This document shows, one piece after another, positions 57,801-64,000 of a DNA stretch of 64,000 bases. The notes beneath the pieces are model-generated. The model made no database searches. It worked only from the letters and a program-made list of their open reading frames with translations, and was not told the DNA's origin. Numbering within the stretch: the stretch's first letter is position 1; each line of letters starts with the position of its first letter. This DNA comes from Prorocentrum cordatum (taxonomy: Eukaryota). A program made the translations under genes and the position numbers. The stretch is from assembly GCA_963575745.1 (NCBI GenBank), contig CAUYUJ010000315.1, positions 1 to 64,000 of the forward strand, read 5' to 3'.

Positions 57801-58825
57801 TCCCTGTACGCCGTGGGGGCGGTCTTGGCCTTGGCGCCCCTGGCCTTGTGCTCGGCCTGCTGCTTGATCTTGTCAATGACCTCCTTCCGTTCGCGCTTCT
57901 GCTCCTCCGTGGGAGGCGGCTGGGTAGGGCTGGCTCCTCCCGTCCCCGCCGCCGTAGCTGACGCCGCGGAGCCCCCACCAGACGCCGCTGGCGCCTGGGC
58001 CTCCTGCGCGTCGTTCTTGGTCTCGTCCTCCGTGGTCTTACGCTTCTTCTGTGCCTGTCGTCTGAAACGGTCCGCCTGCTGCTTGAGCTCGCTGAACTTC
58101 CGAAACTGCCCAGCCGCTGCCTGCAGCAACTTGTCCAGCGCCTCCATGTCTGCCTTGAACTTGACCAGCTTGGCCTTGTCCTCCTCCTCATACTCGTCCA
58201 GGTCATCGAAGAGGTCCCCAACCGCAGGTGCCTGCCAGTCCGCCTGCTGAGGCGGCTCGGGGTCCTGGCACACGGTCTCCGCCTGGTACGCCGCCAGCGC
58301 GCGCTTATGCTCCAGCACCGCGTCGGCTGCATCCTCGATGGCCTTCTGGTTCTTAGTGCGCAGCTGCAGGACGTGGTCCTCCGCCTCCTGCAGGGCCGCC
58401 GCGGAGCTGTCCACCTCCAGCTGGCAGCGGTTGAGCTTGTTGATCGCCTGCCGCAGCTCGAGCTCCTTGGACACTTCCTTCTTGGGCGCCGCCGCCGCCG
58501 CAGCCGCCTGCACCTGCGACTGCACCGCCTTGACGGGCCCCAGGTCCACCTGCGGCGCCATCTGCGCCGTGAGGGACTCGACGCGCTCCAGCATGCTGCT
58601 GAGCTCCGCCAGCGTGCCGTGGACCGCCGTCGGCTTGCGCCAGGGGGGCCCCTTGCCTGTGCTCTTGCCCTTGTCCGCAGCCGCCGTGCCTGGGGCCATT
58701 GACTTCCACCCCGGCATGACTGACTGGCACTTGTTGCACCACCCACCTGACCTCTCCAGCTTCCAGTCGTAGACCCAACCACCACAGGTCGCACAAATCG
58801 AGTAGGTCTGGCGCCCGCGCCCCAT
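57746..58825 (-). CDS. LINE ORF1: N-terminal C4 zinc finger plus coiled coil
   Basis: MGRGRQTYSICATCGGWVYDWKLERSGGWCNKC, followed by long heptad-rich helices. Located between the SL and ORF2. Confidence 0.85.
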   Translation of the reverse strand: MGRGRQTYSICATCGGWVYDWKLERSGGWCNKCQSVMPGWKSMAPGTAAADKGKSTGKGPPWRKPTAVHGTLAELSSMLERVESLTAQMAPQVDLGPVKAVQSQVQAAAAAAAPKKEVSKELELRQAINKLNRCQLEVDSSAAALQEAEDHVLQLRTKNQKAIEDAADAVLEHKRALAAYQAETVCQDPEPPQQADWQAPAVGDLFDDLDEYEEEDKAKLVKFKADMEALDKLLQAAAGQFRKFSELKQQADRFRRQAQKKRKTTEDETKNDAQEAQAPAASGGGSAASATAAGTGGASPTQPPPTEEQKRERKEVIDKIKQQAEHKARGAKAKTAPTAYRDAVRGAEADKTPGGEQSL

Positions 58826-58971
58826 GGCCTGCGCAGGCTCGTGGTGTGTGCCTCCGACGCTCCGAGGTGGGGCGGACCACCTCGGCGCTCGCCCTGGGGC
58901 TGACCAGGGGAAGGAATGCAAACTGGCCGCGGACTAGCGGTATCCACTTGTTCCCCTGCGGAACAAAGCAT

Positions 58972-58993
58972 CTTGAGCCAAAATGGCTACGGA
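58972..58993 (-). other. Dinoflagellate spliced leader exon, retro-copied
   Basis: TCCGTAGCCATTTTGGCTCAAG is an exact match to DCCGTAGCCATTTTGGCTCAAG. It is not followed by a GT SL intron, so it is not an SL RNA gene. Confidence 0.97.
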
Positions 58994-60044
58994 AGGAGGA
59001 GGAGGAGGAGGAGGAGGGAGGAGGGGAGGAGGAGGAGGAGGGGGAGGAGGAGGGAGGAGGAGGAGGGAGGAGGAGGAGGAGGAGGAGGGGGAGGAGGAGG
59101 AGGAGGAGGAGGAGGAGGAGGAGCAGCAGGGGGAGGAGGAGGAGGAGGAGGAGGAGGAGGAGGAGGAGCAGGAGGAGAAAGAGGCAGGAGGCAGGAGGGA
59201 GGAGGAAGGAGGAGGAGGAGGAGGACCGATCGCGAAGCGAGGGCTTCCTCCACAGCGGCCCGCCCGCCTTCGCCGGCCGCTGCCGCGCGCGGGGGTGCGC
59301 CCGGGGCGGGCGGGCGATGGCCCGCGGCGGCCGAGCTGCGCGCCGCCCCCGGCGGGCTGCGCTCCTCAAGGCCGGCGCTCCCAGAGGGGGAGGCCGGGCG
59401 CGGTGGCGCGAGGGGCCTCGTAGGGCACGGCAAGGCCAGGACAGGGGCGGCATCGTCGAGCTTGAGCTGGGAGGAGCGAGGAGGAGGGGGGAGGAGGAGG
59501 AGGAGAAGGAGGAGGAGGAGGAGGAGGAGGAGGAGGAGGAGGAGGAGGAGGAGGAGGAGGAGGAGGAGAGGAGGAGGAGGAGGAGGAGGAGGAGGGAGGC
59601 AGAGGAGGAGGAGGGGAGGAGGAATGTGAGGAGGAGGAGGAGGAGGAGGAGGAGGAGGAGGAGGAGGAAGAGGGGCGCTGGAGTCGTCGGGCGCCCACCC
59701 GCCCAAGACGAGGCCAGCACAGGGACAACGCCGAGCAGTGCTGAGTCGGAGCCCTCCGAGATCCGTCGGTTCTGGAAGCTTTACCGGGAGCCGCGGCCGT
59801 CCCAGAGCGTTCCAGAACGCTCCGAGAGCGTCCCGAACGATTTCTGCCGCTGTCCGAGCCCCGCCTGGTAGGAGGGAGGGGCCGGTGGAGACAGCGGCGG
59901 CCCTCCCCAGCGTTTTCTCCTCCTCGTTGAGCCTCCTGCAGGTGCCCCGCCGCCACGGCCAGATCCGCCTCAAGAGACGGGCCGGTCTGGATCCTGGGAG
60001 GGGTGCAGGGTCCAGGGGAAAACCGACGAGTAGCGATACCCCTA

Positions 60045-60306
60045 CCCTGACTCCGGATCCGCCCTACTTTGGGGAAATTCGTAGGTAGGGCTTGGAATTC
60101 CCGCCTTATACTTTTCAGGCCCCGCTGATGCCAATTTCCGCCCTACTTTTCTGCTGCTGTTTCCGCCCTACTTCTGTGGATTTCCGCTCTACTTTACGCT
60201 GGGTGCAGAAATTTCCGCCCTACTTCTTCGGCATCTTATAGGTGGATACCCGACGCAGCTTGAAGTTGGACAAAAAATCCAAAGCAGGGCGGATCTGGAG
60301 TCAGGG
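60045..60306. mobile_element. 262-bp MITE-like element with ~26-bp TIRs and flanking TA
   Basis: TA|CCCTGACTCCGGATCCGCCCTACTTT ... AAAGCAGGGCGGATCTGGAGTCAGGG|TA (2 mismatches), with internal repeats of TTTCCGCCCTACTT. Confidence 0.75.
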
Positions 60307-61384
60307 TATTCCCCGAATTCCCCAAGCGGATCCAGCGGTGGCGACGAGGGCCCCCCAGGAGGCCCGAAAAGGCGACAACGAGGAAAGGGCAGCGGCCTGC
60401 GTGCCTCTTCCTTCTCCGAGGCCCGGGGGGGCCGACTCCGAGCGGAGCCGGGCCGAGCGGGGCGGCGGGGCCCCGTGGGGAGAGAGCACCGGGGGGAGGG
60501 CGCCACAGGGCCCCCGCGACAAGGAGGGGGGGGAGGGGCGGAGGGCCGAGAGGGCGGGGAAGCGGCGCGGCAGGCCCGCGCAGAGCCAGGGAGGCGCGGC
60601 CCCCCCCCCCAAGCATAAGGCTCCCCGGCCCGCGCGCCGGGGCGAGCAGGGCCTGCCAGGCGGAGCGACCTCCTGCCGAGGGCACGGGCCCAACGCCTCC
60701 AGGAGGCGGGTGGCCTTCTCCGGGTTGGCCACCTCCTCCCTTCGCTGGGCGTGGGGGCCACTGGGGCGGAGGTGGAGACAAGGACCACAGCAGAGCCAAG
60801 CTGTGCCAGCGGTGGTGCAGCACACCCGTGCGAAGCCCCCCCACCACGAGTCCTTGCAGGGATCTCTTCGCTGCGCGAGGCGCCCGTTGAAAGACAGGGC
60901 CCCTCCTCCTCCTCCTCCTCCTCCTCCTCCTCCTCCTCCTCCTCCTCCTCCCACCCCCCCTCCTCCTCCTCCCTCTCCTCCTCCTCCTCCCCCTCCTCCT
61001 CCTCCTCCTCCTCCTCCTCCTCCTCCTCCTCCTCCTCGTCCTCCTCCTCCTCACACACTTCCTCCGCCTACCCTGTCACGTTGTCCTTTAGCTCCTTCCT
61101 GTGATCACACATCCCGTCGCCATCGACTGCCAAAACCTTCAGGGTCGGCGGCACTGGCCGTAAGGCCTTCACAACACAATGTTCGATACTTATGCGGAGC
61201 AATCGATGTGGCGAAACCTATGTCAAGCAACCAACAAGGTGCAACTTTTGTGGTGCAGCGTATGGTGGGCAATCTGTGTTGTGCAGTCTACGATGTGCCA
61301 TATATGCTGTGCACTCCATGTGGTACAATATGTGGGGTGCAATCTGTATGGTCCAGAAAATGTGGAACAATCTACGTGATTCAA

Positions 61385-64000
61385 AATATGTGGTGCATTT
61401 CACTTTGCGGATTTGGGAGATGTCAATTGCACTGCTCGCGCAATCGCCCCACCCACCCACCCACAACTTGGTTTGCAAATCCAATGCGGCGGCGATTGCG
61501 ATGATTGTCCGGCGCTGGCTGGCACATCGCCGCGGCCGCGCTAGCGCGCGCAAGGTCGCGCATAGTGGCCAATTCGTTTGGCGCGACTGACGCGGCCGCG
61601 GCGGCGCTGACAGCTGGAGACTCCACAACTGAAGGCCGCGCTGACCCGAGGGCACATCAGTGCGTGTCGGTGACTCGGGCGGGCGCGGTACCATGGCGAC
61701 GTCGACAAATGCAGACACGATGATGATAGCAGCGATGTTGGTGGCGATGGCGACGGCAAGGCCTCATACTATGAAGGCGCCGATGTTGGTCACGCCGATG
61801 ACAACAATTGTGTCCACATGTCGGTGATGAAAGTCTTGGAGGGATTTCGACATACGCGCGCGGCCGACGCGCGCGACTGGCCCACATGGTATTAGTTGAC
61901 AAGGATCGTGCCCCCACCGGCAAGAGCGCAAGGGCGTTCGATTGGATTCGAAATGCAGACGCGGGGTCTGATTTCACGAAAATGTTGAAAACCGATGGTT
62001 TCCGTAACAATTCGTAATCGCGCGCCGGCGGGCGGACTTGCCAAACCCAAAAAACAGGATACCACACCACTGGTTGTTTGATTTGTTCGGGAACCTTGAT
62101 CTTGAATCCATTACGGAATCGACGGTCTGTGCTCTACGGATTTCGACATGCGCGCGCGACGCTGCGCGCGTGTCCACTCCGTCGCATCTGTTGCCAAGGA
62201 TTGCCGAATATTCCAACGCGCGCGCGGCATTATTTGACAGGGATGACAAAGGGAGAAGTCGACACTGGCCTGCATGGAGAGGTGTGTATTCATCGTAACA
62301 TGAACGATATTCTTTTTTCACTAGAGAATCATGTGGTGCAAATCACCCTGCTGAGCTGGAAATTGTCAACACCACTGCTCGCGCAATCCTCCCACCCACC
62401 AGTCCGCAATGTGGTTTGCATAAACCCATGCGGCGGCGACTGCGATGAGTGCTTGGTGTTGGCTAATGCATCTCTGCGGCCGCGCTAGCCCGCGCATGGT
62501 GGCGCGCGCAGCGGCAGGCTAAATTTGCGCAACCGACGCGGCCGCGGTGGCGCGGACCGCTGGGCACTTCCCAGCGGGCACTTCAGTGTGAGTCAGCGAC
62601 TTGGGCGGGCACGATATCATGGCAACGTCGACAACGGTAGACTCGATGATGATAGTAGCGATGCTGGTGACGATGATGGCGACGACGAATGCCAAGGCCA
62701 ATGACGGCGCGGATGCTGATCACGCCGACGACGATGACGGCGTTCTCGCGTCGGTGATAAAGGTCTTGGGAAAAGTTCGACATGCGCGCGGCCGACGTGC
62801 GAGTGGCCCGCATGGCATTACTTGACACGGATCGTGCCCCCCCCAGCACGCGCGCAAAGGCGTTCGACTGATTTCGACATGCGGCGCAAGGGGCCCGTTT
62901 GGAATAATTCATTGAACAGGTTGATAACTGTTAGCTGTTCACGAACTCGCAACAATGCGAGCGCAAGCTTGTTCGAAAACTGGCGTTGCACAGCTATCTG
63001 TTTTCCTATGCTTTCGGGACTCTCGATTTTTACATCCGGACGAAACCTAACATGTTTGAAGAATTTCGGCATGCGCGCGCGACGACGCGCGCGTGCCAAT
63101 TTCGTCCCATGTGTTGCAAAGGAATCTTGCGACAGCACGCGCGCAGGGGCGTTCGAACGATTTCGACGTGCGCGCGCGAAAGGCCCGCCTGGCAGCAATT
63201 TAAGAGAAAATGAAAACCCGATGGTTCGCTCAAGGACTTGCCAAAAGGGCGGGCGCAAGCTTGTTTTATATTTCTCGTTGCGAAGCAGTTTTTTATGTTT
63301 TAAAAATGTTCTCGGGGTACTCGAATTTAAAATCCTTGCGCCACCTAAGGCTGTTAAAAGAGTTTGGCATCCGCGCGCGACGACGCGCGCTTGTGCTCGT
63401 CGTCCCTTTGTTGCAAGCGATTCTTGAACATGCTTGATGTTTTCGAAAAACGAGTGCGCCCGCATCTCATGTTTGGCAGAGGATGAGGGGAAACGATACC
63501 GACTTGCCTGGGGTGGTACGGATTCATATTCAGAGTGGACAATTGGGCAGAACCATACGTACATTGCAATACGAAGAATGGTACTTTAATTCCAGGGGGT
63601 AGAGACTTTTGCTTGGAGTTGGCTGGTGCATCTCTGCGGCCGCGCTATCCCGCGCACGCTCGCAAGCGCAGCGGCAAGATAGTCTGGCGCTGCCGACGTG
63701 GTGGCTGTGGCGCTGACCGCTGCGTACTTCCCAACGGGCACTTCAGTGCGAGTCGGCGACTCGGGCTGGAGCGGTATCGTGGCAACGTCGACAACGGTAG
63801 ACGCGATGATGATGGTAGCGATGCTGGTGACGATAGTGGCAACGATGACGGCAAGGCCAATGACGGCGCCGATGTCGATCACGCCGACGGTGATGACGGC
63901 GCCGTCGCGTCGGCGACGAAGGTTTTGGAGGGAGTTCGGCGTGCGTGCGCGGCCGACGTGTGAGAGCGGCCCGCATGGCATGACTTGAAAGGGATCGTGC
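61385..64000. repeat. Diverged large tandem repeat, ~0.94-1.17 kb period, at least 3 copies, running off the window end
   Basis: GCGGCCGCGCTA at ~61531, ~62477, ~63636 followed by colinear CGTCGACAA..GATGATGAT.GTAGCGATG and GGATCGTGC blocks. Internal TTCGACATGCGCGCG subrepeats. Confidence 0.8.

Larger units (their letters stand above)
52590..58993 (-). mobile_element. Full-length LINE with RNase H, with an exact dinoflagellate SL at its 5' end and an 11-bp tandem 3' tail
   Basis: SL, short 5' UTR, ORF1, ORF2 (APE-RT-ZnF-RNH), short 3' UTR, then (CATAGCATTCC)2. GAG/CCT microsatellite on both sides. Confidence 0.93.

Noticed and set aside
57800..58971. N-terminal ~390 aa of the 1677-aa ORF 53938-58971
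   Set aside because: Arg/Ser-rich alternative frame of ORF1. Recognisable ORF2 begins only near 57800.
58972..58993. SL RNA gene
   Set aside because: The SL exon is followed by ATGCTTTG rather than a GT donor and SL intron, and it sits on a LINE. It is a retro-copied SL.
60060..60230. CRISPR-like array (TTCCGCCCTACTT repeats; also the ~82-bp and ~53-bp arrays)
   Set aside because: Repeats are too short or degenerate, spacers are irregular or themselves homologous, there are no cas genes, and the context is eukaryotic.

Overview
Repeat-dominated eukaryotic DNA, almost certainly dinoflagellate. An exact 22-nt dinoflagellate spliced leader (SL) sits at 58972-58993 (-), and two retroelements carry cytosine-methyltransferase (DNMT) domains. 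Long (CCT)n/(GAG)n and other triplet microsatellites generate most ORF-track entries, which are artefacts. Five retroelements are embedded in this matrix. (1) A 10.7-kb Ty1/copia LTR element (8066-18788, -) with 175-bp LTRs, PBS, PPT, gag-PR, a -1 slippery site into IN-DNMT-RT-RNH, and an intact extra ~810-aa ORF (coiled coil plus predicted RRM) before the 3' LTR. (2) A 5'-truncated LINE (~26270-29440, -). (3) A decayed LINE (~29517-34300, +) that starts with an SL relic. (4) A 6.1-kb tyrosine-recombinase (DIRS/Ngaro-type) element with split direct repeats and an RNase H-DNMT reading frame (35383-41485, -), inserted at AACT into a dispersed repeat. (5) A near-intact full-length LINE (52590-58993, -) whose 5' end is the exact SL. 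The strongest cross-cutting signal is SL sequence at the expected 5' boundary of several unrelated retroelement classes, suggesting trans-splicing defines their RNA 5' ends. Also present: dispersed repeat families, MITE/foldback elements and a ~1-kb tandem array. No host gene can be called with confidence. All domain calls come from motif reading by eye, not database searches.
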